A DNA stretch of 60,000 nucleotides from Lytechinus pictus (Eukaryota). A program made the position numbers and the translations under genes. The stretch spans positions 39,868,001 to 39,928,000 of the forward strand of contig NC_087245.1 of NCBI RefSeq assembly GCF_037042905.1, read 5' to 3'. How positions within the stretch are numbered: the stretch's first letter is position 1; each line of letters starts with the position of its first letter. Below, piece after piece: positions 38,560 to 60,000 of the stretch. The notes below the pieces were generated by a model. The model was not told the DNA's origin. It searched no databases and saw only the letters and a program-made list of their open reading frames with translations.

Positions 38560-39660
38560 AGAGGATCGATGCAAGCGGGAAGACAGTGCGAGCTGAAATT
38601 TTCTCCAGATTTAGAACTAAAACAGGGCATTCAAAGCAACGTAACCATGATGAGGGTGGGCATCGAACTAAACAATTGTTGCGAGCTGAATTTTTTTCAT
38701 TTTACAGCCTGAAAATTGGACATTCTAAATGTTTTTTTTTTGCAATCCTCAACACGATGGATATCTAATTAAACAATTCAATAATGCGAGCGCGAAATGC
38801 GAGCTGTTTTATTTTATTGATTTTGAATTAAAATCGGACATTCCATGCAGTTTTTGTAATCATGAATAGGAAGAGTGTCAATGAATGATGCGAAGCGCGA
38901 GCTGAATATCTTTGATATCTTAGCTTGAAAATTAAGTATTTTTGCACGTTTTTATAAAAAGAACAAACTCAGATTCAGAATCTGTAATTGAACAAGCTGT
39001 GTATCTCAATAAACATCATGCTATCGCGAAGCGCAAGCTGAGAAATTTTCGATATTTTGACTTGAAAACTAAACATTTTATATATAGAACAAACTCAGCT
39101 ACTGCATCTGTAATCGAACAAGTTGTGAATCTTAATAAACATAAATGCGAGCGAAGTGCAAGCTGAACTTTTTTGACATACTGACCCGAAAGAGAAATAT
39201 TAAGCACTGTCCAACATGAAGTAAAATTGTGGGGAAGATATCGATCTCACTGAATATATTATTGCGAGCGCGAAGCGCGAGCTAATCATTTTTTTATATT
39301 TTGACCTTTGACATTCTAATGACTGTCGGTAGAGAAGCGTGAGCTGACAGCTTTTGCATATCTTGACTTCAAAACTTAACATTGTCACACGTTTTTATAA
39401 AAAGTACAATTAATTTGTATTTCGCATAAATTATGTAAGTCTAATCGAACAAGCTGTCTTAATAAACATAATGCGAGCGCGAAGCGCGAACTGAAATTTT
39501 TGATATACTGACCAGAAAAGAAAAGTATTAAGTACTGTCCAATCTGAACTGTGGATAGGATATCGATCTCACTCATGATGCGAGCGCGAAGCTCTTTTAG
39601 ATTTAAACCTTAAACCGGGACATTTTAATCACTGTCGGTAGAAAAGCTGACAACTTTTGA
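38560..39660 (+). repeat. Degenerate minisatellite with GCGAGCGCGAAGCGCGAGCT motif
   Basis: Motif recurs roughly every 80-120 bp; same motif occurs in 41376-41845. Confidence 0.7.
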
Positions 39661-40068
39661 TAATCGAATCACTGTCTGTACAGAGAGCTCCCTATATACG
39701 TTCGCATTGCGGGGGATACAACTTAAAGATAACAGTATGCAATTTTATCACGGGCAATTTGACATTTATTGACAAATATAAAGAGCGAGCAAGAACAATT
39801 TTTTGAGGAGTTACGACAGTCTTTCGTGACCCCAAACTTTGTCATTTTTACCGACAGGTATCAGTCCAACAGCCCTGCGCTTACGTAACAGATTATCACT
39901 TTTCCAACATCTCAGACACCGCATCTTCAATTTCGTAATCAATACCTCGTCTATACCCTGTCACCCTCTCTCTCTAATTATTCTCCATCCTTTTGTTTCG
40001 TTTTTTCATTTTTTTCGTTTCATTTTGTTTTCCTCTTCCTCCTTGCCTCCTTTCTTTCTTTCTTATGT

Positions 40069-40348
40069 GGAGCGTTGTGTCCCATGCAGTGGATTAGTCT
40101 TCTGACTTTGAAACAGAGGGTCGTGGGTTCGAATCCCAGCCATGGCGTAATTTCCTTCAGCAAGAAATTTATCCACACTGTGCTGCACTCAACCCAGGTG
40201 AGGTGAATGGGTACCCAGTAGGAAGAAATTCCTTGAATGCTTTGAGCGCCTAGGCAGCCCAGCTAAAGCCGGGGTAATAATAATAGCAGGGCCCACTCGG
40301 AGAACAGTTTTTAGAACTGAAGTGGCTTCCCTGGGTAAATATACCTAT
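40069..40348 (+). mobile_element. tRNA-derived SINE
   Basis: A-box-like region, B box GGTTCGAATCC near 40127, body TGCTGCACTCAACCCAGGTG, (TAT)n tail displaced to 40562 by a MITE; partial minus-strand copy at 47245-47380. Confidence 0.8.
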
Positions 40349-40553
40349 CATGGGCGGAAATCTGTCCCCAAAGATAGGGGGACCAGGGCCTGGAAAATTT
40401 GACAAGCCAAAATACATGTATTATTTCGTTTGTGAAGTGATGTATTTTTTTCTCCATCATAAAAGACCAAAAATAGTAGGGGTCATTTGATATTGTGTCC
40501 CCCTACTATTTTGGGTAGAAAGGACGCGTCCCCCCCTGGGATTTCCACCCATG
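40349..40553. mobile_element. hAT-like MITE inserted in a SINE tail
   Basis: CATGGGCGGAAATC / GATTTCCACCCATG, 8-bp TSD ATACCTAT. Confidence 0.8.
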
Positions 40554-40580
40554 ATACCTATATTATTATTATTATTATTA

Positions 40581-40925
<345 letters not shown>

Positions 40926-41192
40926 TTTCTGTCTTTCTTTGATTCCTCCATTCATTCTTTCTTTATTTTTTTCTTTCTTCCTTTCTTTCTTCCTTCCTTT
41001 CTGTCTGTCTTTCTGTCTTTCTTTCTTTCTCTCTCTCTCTCCCCCCCCTCTCTTTCTTTCTTTATTTCTTTTCCTCTTTCTCTTTATTCCCTTTTCTTTC
41101 CTCTTTCTCCCTTCCCCCCTCGCCCCTTTTCTTTATTTTTTTCCGACGGCAGCGCATATTTACCGACGATCATAAAGAAGTGGGGGGAAGGG

Positions 41193-41294
41193 CAGGGGCG
41201 TCGATCCATTTTTCAGATTGGGGGGGGCAAAATCATGAATCAACGTTCAAAGGCGCTCGATCGTACAAAACACCCCCCACACACACACACAGGC

Positions 41295-41328
<34 letters not shown>

Positions 41329-42072
41329 GTGTGTGACTAATGAGATACAAACACGTATCTCACCAACAAATTAATGCGAGCGTGAAGCGCGAGCTGAATT
41401 TTTTTTAGTATACTGACCTTAAAACAGGAAAAGCATACCTGTTTACGACTGTTTGTAGTAACTCATGAGGAGGATACATATCTCACTAAACAGATAATGC
41501 GAGTGCAGAGAGCGAGCTGAAATTTCTTTATATTCTGACCTGAAAGCTTGATATTGTAAGTATTTTTGTTACCAATGATTAAGATTGGTATCTAAAAGAA
41601 CAATAGATGCGAGCGCGAAGCGCTAGCAGAAAATTTTGATATTTCGATCTGAAAAAAATGACAGTTTAATGGACATTTTTTATTTAAAAAAACAAGATGT
41701 ATATCCAACAAAATATTATTGTAAATCGAAGCGGGAGTTCTTTTGAGGTTTAGAACTGAAAACGGGACATTCTATTCACCTATTTAATCATGAAAAGTAT
41801 TGTTTTTTGCCATATAAATGATGCGAGCGCGAAGCGCGAGCTGAAAATTTTTATATTCCAATCTGGAAAGTGGACATTTTGAGCACGATTTGAAATAAAG
41901 AACAATTTGTGTATCTCAATCTCGCTGGCTGAACATTACAATCATATTTTATTTTTGCACATCCGGAGTTATTGGGGGGGGGGGCAAAACGATATGTTTG
42001 CCCCCCAATATTTTCATTGGTGGGGCGATCGCCCCCCCTTGCCCCCCCCCCCCCCCAGGATCGACGCCTCTG
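41193..42072. mobile_element. hAT-like element carrying GCGAGCGCGAAGCGCGAGC repeats
   Basis: TIR CAGGGGCGTCGATCC / GGATCGACGCCTCTG, 8-bp TSD GGGAAGGG. Confidence 0.8.
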
Positions 42073-43619
42073 GGGAAGGGTGCATGTCGCAGACTCGCAG
42101 CCACACATCCCCTCCCTCCTCTAGCGACGGTCCTGATTATATTATGCAATAATAGTTCCAAATTCATTCAAATTTAGTTTCAAATTATGATGATGCATTT
42201 TAGTTCAGTATGATTTTTTTTCTTTCTTTCTCATTCAACCTTTTAAGAGCTGTTTATGCTGTATGAATTTGATAAATGCCTCATTTCCTCCGATCGCTCT
42301 CCTTTTCTTCCGCTGTAAGGTTTTCTTCCTCTTTTCCTCTTCCTCTTCTGCCCTGCTTCCATCGCTATATTTTCTTCTTGAATAATGATTATGGAGCGTA
42401 TGTTGCATATTTCACTTTCTGTTCATCTTTCTGAACTGTATTTGCTTTATTATAAGACTATCCTGTACATGTGCAATATGATTTTCTCCCAATATAGCTC
42501 CTTAGTGAAGGGTCACATGACCACTGGCGTATAAAGATGACACAAATCAAGACAAATCAAATTGCATCAAATTTTCGATTATCTTCGAAAATTTGAAGCA
42601 ATTTTGATTGGCAATATGTCTTTAGCTTGATTATGTATCGGTGGCAAGATATGGCAAATGGGGATGAAATTACAAAAGTTGCTTGCGAGCGAAGCAAGCA
42701 TTTAAAGAAGTTTGGTGTTGTAAACAAAAATCAAATTTTGTGATAAATTATGACATAATATTCAGAAAAATAATATCGTAATACTTCACCCTTCTCTCTT
42801 TCCATCTCTTTCATTTTCTTTTTTTTTTCTTGGTCTAGAATTTTTTTAGGGAGGTGGGAATGAAGAGCCACCCAAGCCCCCTCCCTTCCCCATCTGTACG
42901 CCACTTGATCGAATATTTTGCTTGCTCGCTAAATTTGGGAACTATAACAGCTTTAGTTGTTATTTTTTTATTGCTCGATCCATACCGGCAAATGATAGGT
43001 CTAATGACCCCCTCAAAGTTTTTTCAATACGCCACTGCACGCGATTCGGAATTCTCTTTTGGGTCTCTGCTCGTTATAGGCCTTGCTCTATCTGGGGGAT
43101 GAAGGCATGGTTAAATAAGATATTGAATAAAAATGAATAAATAATAAAAATCAATATAGGGTGGCAAATGGCAATGCAATGATAACTACTATAGATCTAT
43201 ATAAGACCCCGGAGGCCTGAGCAGTCCCTGATATGTGGGGAAGTTAAGGCATTTGAGATATTGCAATTAGTACGAAGAAGTAACCGCTTCTAATTCTCTT
43301 CTAATAATTTGCAATGTTAGGCGCATACTAATTAATAAATAATACTACATAAAATAAAAGAGACGCCCATATACGGATGTAAAAATTATTAAACCGTGTT
43401 ACACGTATATTTCATGAATCCATGCGCTATATGTGACGCTGCCATCTATCCAAAATTAACCCATGTGTAGAATCTAATACATGCTTATACTTTTCATTTG
43501 TCAATTTGAAATAATGGAAAATATATGTCTTTCAATAAATTTGGTACTATGGAATAAGATGACTCCCCCTCCGCCCCCCCCCCCCCCCCCTTAGGCCGCA
43601 TCACTCAATATTTCAAAAA

Positions 43620-43786
43620 GTATGTTTGGGCGGGAAACAAATTAGAGACGCCATCTTGAGCGTCGGTACGAAAAATCGTCTGACTGATGTGTTTTTGAAC
43701 GCGAAAATCATCACTTTGGGTCGAATCACAATTGCTCTGCGCCTGTATGTGGTGTTTCCATATGGAGATATATGATACATAATTGT
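43620..43786 (+). promoter_or_regulatory. Probable rad21 promoter and non-coding first exon
   Basis: E2F-type GGCGGGAAA (43629-43637), YY1-type CGCCATCTT (43649-43657), GTAAGT donor at 43787, CpG-rich sequence downstream. Confidence 0.6.
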
Positions 43787-45436
43787 GTAAGTAGTTTCTT
43801 AAAGGATTATTATTTTTTCTTGATGTTTTTCATTCTTTTTGGCTTTTGCAGGAAATCTCTGTGCGATTGAGTGCGAGTGCGAGCTACGTTTGCAATGCAC
43901 ACGGTACCGTATAGCTGGCTGAGCTGAGAGAGTGGGAGCGTTGCGTGTGTACGTACGCTACGGTGCCCGAGCCCTGTGACTGTGATGCGAAAGCTAGAGC
44001 ATGGAGCTGTGTGACTGTGAGTGACTGTCTAGTCTGAATGCGATAGCCGATAGATATACATGCTAATTGCTATGCTGGATGGTGGCGCCGTTCATGCTGT
44101 GATGAAAGTGATTGATATTTTAGTAAAGTTTGCACCAAAAATATGAGTTTATCTGTTTATGGGCCTTATCCTGAAATAGGCCACCTCTCTTCTCGTTTGT
44201 GTCGGTGTGTGTGTGCTCATTTTATTGTGTGTAACTGCGTCTGTACAAAGTCAGACAAAACAATGCTGGGAGAGGAAAGAGCTAGAACTCCACCGTCGCT
44301 GACGAAATAAACGGCATTGAATGGAGTGGTGACCTAAACCAGGATAATGCCAGTTTTAGACAGGAATAACCGTCGTTTCTGGGGATTTATTCAACAATTT
44401 CTGACATTTTACTGTAATCCCCATTTACCGACGGTAGGGTGTACGTGTGGGCTCGCATGTGTTCTCATTCCCTCCCTTTTGTCAATTCACAGTCCAAAGT
44501 TTGATGTAATTTTACACATCGAATTTACAATCTAAGGATGTATAAACAACAAACTTTTAAAACTTGATGTTTTAACATTTAAATACTTTAAACGATATAG
44601 ATGAAAAAGGCATGAAAAATATACTTTACCGATGTTTAATTGGGTTGAACACGATAAAAATGGTCAAAATGGCAGCCAAACTATAAAATATTTACAAACG
44701 AACGTCAACAATCACGAATGTGATATCGATATTGCTTTCGATATTATACGATCTGCTCCATATGCGAACGAAACCGAAGATAAACGATACTAGTTATACT
44801 AGTACTAGTACTAGTTATAATCGCGATATATCGATTCGAGACATTAAGTTAATACGATAATGACGTCATTCAAGATGGCAACTTGCAAGAAAAACCGTCA
44901 GGTCAGGTGAAAATGTCTTAGATGACAGATTTCTCAATCATCCAGAGGATTTTTTTCAATAACTCCGGCCCAAGGTATGCAATTACTTAAGTTATTTATA
45001 TTTCCCTGATAATGGAAACCATGAAACTTTCAATTTTGCTTAAAAAACAGTTTTAAATCGCGATCTATAAAACGCTAGTTCACTATACGTTGGCTGTAGG
45101 TACGGGGCCCCATCCCCTTCAGTCTATGTATGGTGAGTGGAGCCAACGTAGTTCAGCGGAACAACCAAAATACAGAGACTGAAGCTTTTGGTCTAACTAG
45201 CCTGTTGAGGACTTTGTGATGATATTTTTTGATAGTTTGACATAGGCCTATACTTAACTTATTCATCACCTGATCACGAAGCCTTGAAACAAACCCATGC
45301 CATAGCATAAGCAAGACTTATTTAATTTTTAAACTTAGAAATCACATAGATTAGTTTGATTTTATTTATCTATAAATTACACCTTTATACGCCTAATGCG
45401 TATGAAGGTGCAAAAAAAAGTTATTATAAATGTGAA

Positions 45437-45900
45437 AAATTAGAGGTTTCTTACCAGATTGATCTCGTGTACATGTAGCTAGATCCCTCGATCCATTCGT
45501 AAACACTGCACATACAATAGGCTTGAACCGCTTCGTTATGACGTAGCTTCGATACGCGATGTTACAAAATGCCATTTTGAAAAACAATATATAGATAAAA
45601 ATTATTATTTAACAAATAATACAAGTTTGAAACTTGATTATAAATAATTATTATTATTAAGGTAATATGGATTAAAATTATTTTAGTATTTATACAAAAA
45701 ATTAGAGGTTTCTTACCAGACCGATCTCGTGTATAACCCTCGATCCATTCCTAAACACCGCAAATACAATAGGCTTGAACTGCTTCGTTATGACGTAGCT
45801 TCGATAAGCGATGTTACAAAATGCCGTTTTGAAGATCAATTTATAGATAAAAATTACTTAAAAAATAATAAAATTTAAAACTTTATTATAAATAATTAGT
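45437..45900. repeat. Tandem duplication of a ~260-bp unit
   Basis: AAAATTAGAGGTTTCTTACCAGA...TATAGATAAAAATTA occurs at ~45437 and ~45698. Confidence 0.8.
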
Positions 45901-46468
45901 ATTACAATAATAATTATTTATAATCAAGTTTCAACTTTACCCTTTTACTCTACCCTTTTTCCAGTTATTGTTTTTGATACCCTTATTAGGTTATGTACGT
46001 ACATGTATGTAACATGCCCAATCTTGAAAAAGATATCCTTTTTATGCGTTTCTTTGGACCCACATGGCATCCACTCATCACCTTGTGTGATTTCAAGTTT
46101 GATGTTGGTGTCGGTGTTGGAAGTACAATTTTGATTACATTCTAGCTCCTAAACCTATTCTGAGTTTACACAAATGATTAACAGCTCAAAATCTAGTGAG
46201 TGATTTTTCAGCATCTAGTTTATTCTACATATGTATGTTTGGTTCTTGTAAAAACACTAGCACCAAAAGTTCAACACTGAATTTGAAATCATGTACTGTA
46301 ACTAATGTTATGTTGCATGTTACATGTATCTGAATGAAGCTTGACTCAATTAATTTTTATCTCTCTGATTGTTAATTGATTTCTTTCAGACAAGTGATAA
46401 AGTGTACTTCTCTTTGGGGCTGAAAGACAAACCTTTGAAGAGTAACTGCAGCAGCAGCAGAGGTCATC

Positions 46469-56513
<10,045 letters not shown>

Positions 56514-58164
56514 GCAGCTTGGGGGGGTTTCACCCAGTACCCTCGCCGCTAACCGCAACCAGTTATTACATTGAACAATCTCAAAGACATGGCCATCGTA
56601 TCAAGTCCCTTGGCATAATCAGTGTGAATAAGTCTGCAGGGCTGCCAGGTCTCCCCGATTTCCAGAGACACACTGAAAGTTGACTGATTTTTTAGTGAAA
56701 CACTGCAGATTCTCGACATCTTCCTGATTCATACGTAGATTTCTTTCGTCAGATTGAGTGTAATTGGGAGGGATTTCCCTCCCTCCCACAGTAAATTCTT
56801 CCAGAAAGGTGAATATCAAAGTTGGCAGCACCGAGTCCGTTGCTGCATCCTCATCTGTGTAAAATCAACCCTAGGAGGATGCTATTTAGACATACAGAGT
56901 TCTTTTCTAGAGATCATTGTCATCGACTCTTTGCATCAAGACTAAGTTCCCTACAACCATCATTCATCTCGCCCCTGAGGTTCATTCGCACTGGATGGAA
57001 AAGGAAGTACATGTACCAGTCAAGAATTCAGTCCTAGAACAGAGATGTCAGGCTTTTGCCAGGACTGTGGCATGTTATTGCAGCTGCCTGATGATAGTGG
57101 ATTTTACAAGTGGTTTAGATGCACATCAAGTCGATTGCAATGCATTTTCAAGCGAGACGGGAATGATTTCACCTGACAAACTCATTGATTTTACAGAAAG
57201 CTGTTTTAGTCCCTTATATCCAGTTGACAAATTTCATTCATAGGTTTTATTACCTGAAAGTTTGCTTGATTTTCTCCACTTCATGTAAATGCTTTGTTCC
57301 ATCAATAGATCTTATACACTAACTCAGCTCGGAAATAACCCTCTTCGCCCATGTGATTTTCAAAATAAATTTGACCAACATTTTCATTATTGATGGTATT
57401 TGATCCAATTGTAAAAAGTGTGTACAGTGATGTAGAATTTCTGCTGCTGCTGCAAAGACTGGGAATCCTAACATTGTGATTATCTTATTCTTTCCAATGG
57501 AAAGCATACCAGTTATATTTATATGGCAGTTATTTCACCATTCAAGAGATGTTCGTGTATTTACACAGTATTTGTTCTGAGTCGTAATGTGGAATATAAG
57601 GTTTGATAATACTTTCCATGAATGAAGAAATTTTCATATTTTTATAGGAATTTTTTAAAAAGTTACAGATGTCGAATTGAATTGGAATATTTTCACAAAC
57701 AAACCTCATTGAAATTCAAAATGCTATGAGGAAAAATGTCTTGATAAATATGGAAGGCTTATTCTTCATCTTACATTTACGATGACTATTTCAGATTTTG
57801 TGAAGAGTGCTTTTAATACCGTTTAGCATTGTTAGAGACAATATAAATCCTAAACGTTGTCCACAATGTTTTTAAAGGAAATAACTTGTTTTTAAACTTA
57901 ACGTTGGTTTTATCGAATGATACTGGTATTTGGAAATGCTTTTATAATCAATTACTGATTTCATTAAGTTATAAGATTTCCTTGATTTCATAAATGACTG
58001 ACAAAAAGTTTGCTGACCAATTCCATGCTAGATTGACTGAAATGGTGTTTAATTTCAATCTAGGTCCATTTTTACTGTAAAGTCGTCTTCTATTGTACAT
58101 AACATAGATTATCTCAACCTCCATATTTGTAGGAATATTTCATTTAGCTATTTATTTGGCCATC

Positions 58165-58170
58165 AATAAA
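58165..58170 (+). terminator. Candidate rad21 polyadenylation signal (3' UTR about 1.7 kb)
   Basis: AATAAA at the end of an apparently repeat-free AU-rich region after the stop codon. Confidence 0.45.
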
Positions 58171-59499
58171 ACAGTGAATACATGCTGGATTCTCAAATTA
58201 ATGTACATGTAGACTGGTTTGATTATACTCGAAAAAAATCTGTTTGATGAAATTCTGTGAATTAATCTCTGTAGCTGATTCTTATTCGACAATATTTGTG
58301 TGTCAATGGCTCTTTGATTTTAACCAAACACTCTTATAGCTAGTCTTTTGATCAAGGGTTCAGGCTGGTTTTGGGGAAGGGGAGGTACCTCCCTCCCCCC
58401 CCCCATGCTTCCAAAATTCAGTCAACCCCCAACTTTACCCTGCCCCCCCCCCCCCCCCACCAAGATGTGCAGTGCACAGTGGAATTGCTTTTGAAGCTGT
58501 TGAAAGCAGAAAGGGGGGGGGGGTATTTGGGGGCTTGCAAGGGAAGGAAAAATACTGTTTGCCTTGTGCCCCCCACCTTCCCTTGTTAGATCTACATGCA
58601 CATAAAACGGCATAAACATGGTATCAGCCTCCCAGAACTGGTAATTTTGTAGTAATGTACTAGTGTTTAAAATTGTGAAATGCAAATACTTTTTCAGAGT
58701 TTCCATTTCCTCTTGATATATAGACTTCTGCCTTTGAAATTGAGTTTGTCCAATTGCTGATGGTTCCTCAAACATCAACGATTCATTGTCATACCAGTTG
58801 AATATATTGCCTGAATTGTGTACTATTGTTTGTCCTATTGTTCTCAATAGCTTGTTCAAAATGCGTCTTAGATGTTTGAATGTTGTTACACAGTTTGCCA
58901 AAAATTTCACTTGCATTTCTTATATATTGTACACATAGCACAATGCCATCATTTTCAATGAGCACTTTTGTTCGATAAGAAAAGGAGCTAATTAGAATAA
59001 GTAATGCTAGATATCTTCTTTCTATCTAGGATATGCTGTAGCTGAGTCAGTTGTCAAATATGTCGGGAACAAATTTGCAACAGTCAAACCTGCTCCAACA
59101 TAAGAAATATACATCCAAGAATGCAAAGATTCTCCATCATTGGTATTTTTTTTTTTGAAACACCTTGTTCTAATTCCCAGAAACCATCTTACATGATGTA
59201 TCTGCATAATTGACCAGGGGCCTGTAACACAGAGCTTAGCAATGATCGTGGAACATTTTTTTACGATTGATTCCATTGACTACAATGTACAATCAATCGT
59301 GAAAATCAAGCGTATGATTAATCGCTAACCTTTGTCTTACCGGACCCAGGCCGTATTCTGAACTCTGGTTTGAAATTGTGGTTAAACTGTGGATAGCCAA
59401 TGGTGGCACAAGTCTCTGTCAGTACATGTTCTATTTATCAACTCATTGACACAGTGACACTGGAATCATTCATAACTCTCTGGGAATGTTTACCAAGGT

Positions 59500-59918
59500 C
59501 AGACCTGCCAACCAGTACGTTTTAGCCGTATTTAGTACGTTTTTGCAACCAAAATACGGCAGTACGTTCTTTTCTTTTAAAAATATGTTTTTTGTATTAA
59601 AAAAAAAAAAAAAAAAATCATCTCTATATGTCTCTATTTCATAAAACGTACATAAATATGGTTATTAGATCAATGTAATTTCAGGTAACTTGTTTTTTTT
59701 TTCAATCATTTTGTAAAAACCAGGGTGAGATATACACAAGTTTCAATGGTTTTTTTTTCATCTGCAAGAGCAGTGCGCATTTTAGCTTGCATGCAGCTTG
59801 AGCGCCGTGATGGGCGAGTGCGCCAAGCATTTTATTATGAAATACACTTTTTGGGGGGAAAATACAGTTTTTTGTATCACAGAATACATTTTTTCATTCC
59901 CAGAGGTTGGCAGGTCTG
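59500..59918 (-). mobile_element. Non-autonomous DNA transposon with 6-bp TSD (same family as 3072-3492)
   Basis: TIR CAGACCTGCCAACC / GGTTGGCAGGTCTG, TSD CAAGGT. Confidence 0.85.
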
Positions 59919-60000
59919 CAAGGTATATTTCTTCATCATGAAAGCAAGAGGAAATAAAGTAATAAATGTGAGAAATATGCAATGTAAACAAAATTGTGGA

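Noticed and set aside
38560..39660. Regularly spaced GCGAGCGCGAAGCGCGAGC motif that superficially resembles a CRISPR array
   Set aside because: Eukaryotic DNA, spacers are related to each other and variable in length, and no cas genes are present; it is a transposon-borne minisatellite.
56619..57507. Several 60-108-aa ORFs downstream of the rad21 stop
   Set aside because: No recognisable motifs; most simply explained as chance ORFs in the 3' UTR.

Overview
Intron-rich, AT-rich animal DNA, most consistent with an echinoderm such as a sea urchin (inferred from the repeat landscape and the deuterostome-like Rad21). It carries two divergently oriented genes. (1) A complete 12-coding-exon rad21 cohesin kleisin gene on + (CDS 46469-56513, 613 aa by my splicing). 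(2) The 5' six coding exons of a minus-strand coiled-coil gene (ATG at 32343, running off the left end) that resembles fungal Bfr1 / plant proton-pump-interactor proteins. Between them lies a frameshifted CR1-group (L2/Crack-like) LINE. The 21.7-kb first intron of the minus-strand gene is a dense transposon graveyard. It holds a Penelope-type minimal hammerhead ribozyme, an 8.35-kb AcademH-like element with a 9-bp TSD and five levels of nesting, a tandem-duplicated unit with a near-invariant, structured 163-bp core, and many MITEs (Kolobok TTAA, Harbinger 3-bp, hAT-like 8-bp and 6-bp TSD families). All family assignments come from reading the sequence by eye; no database search was run.
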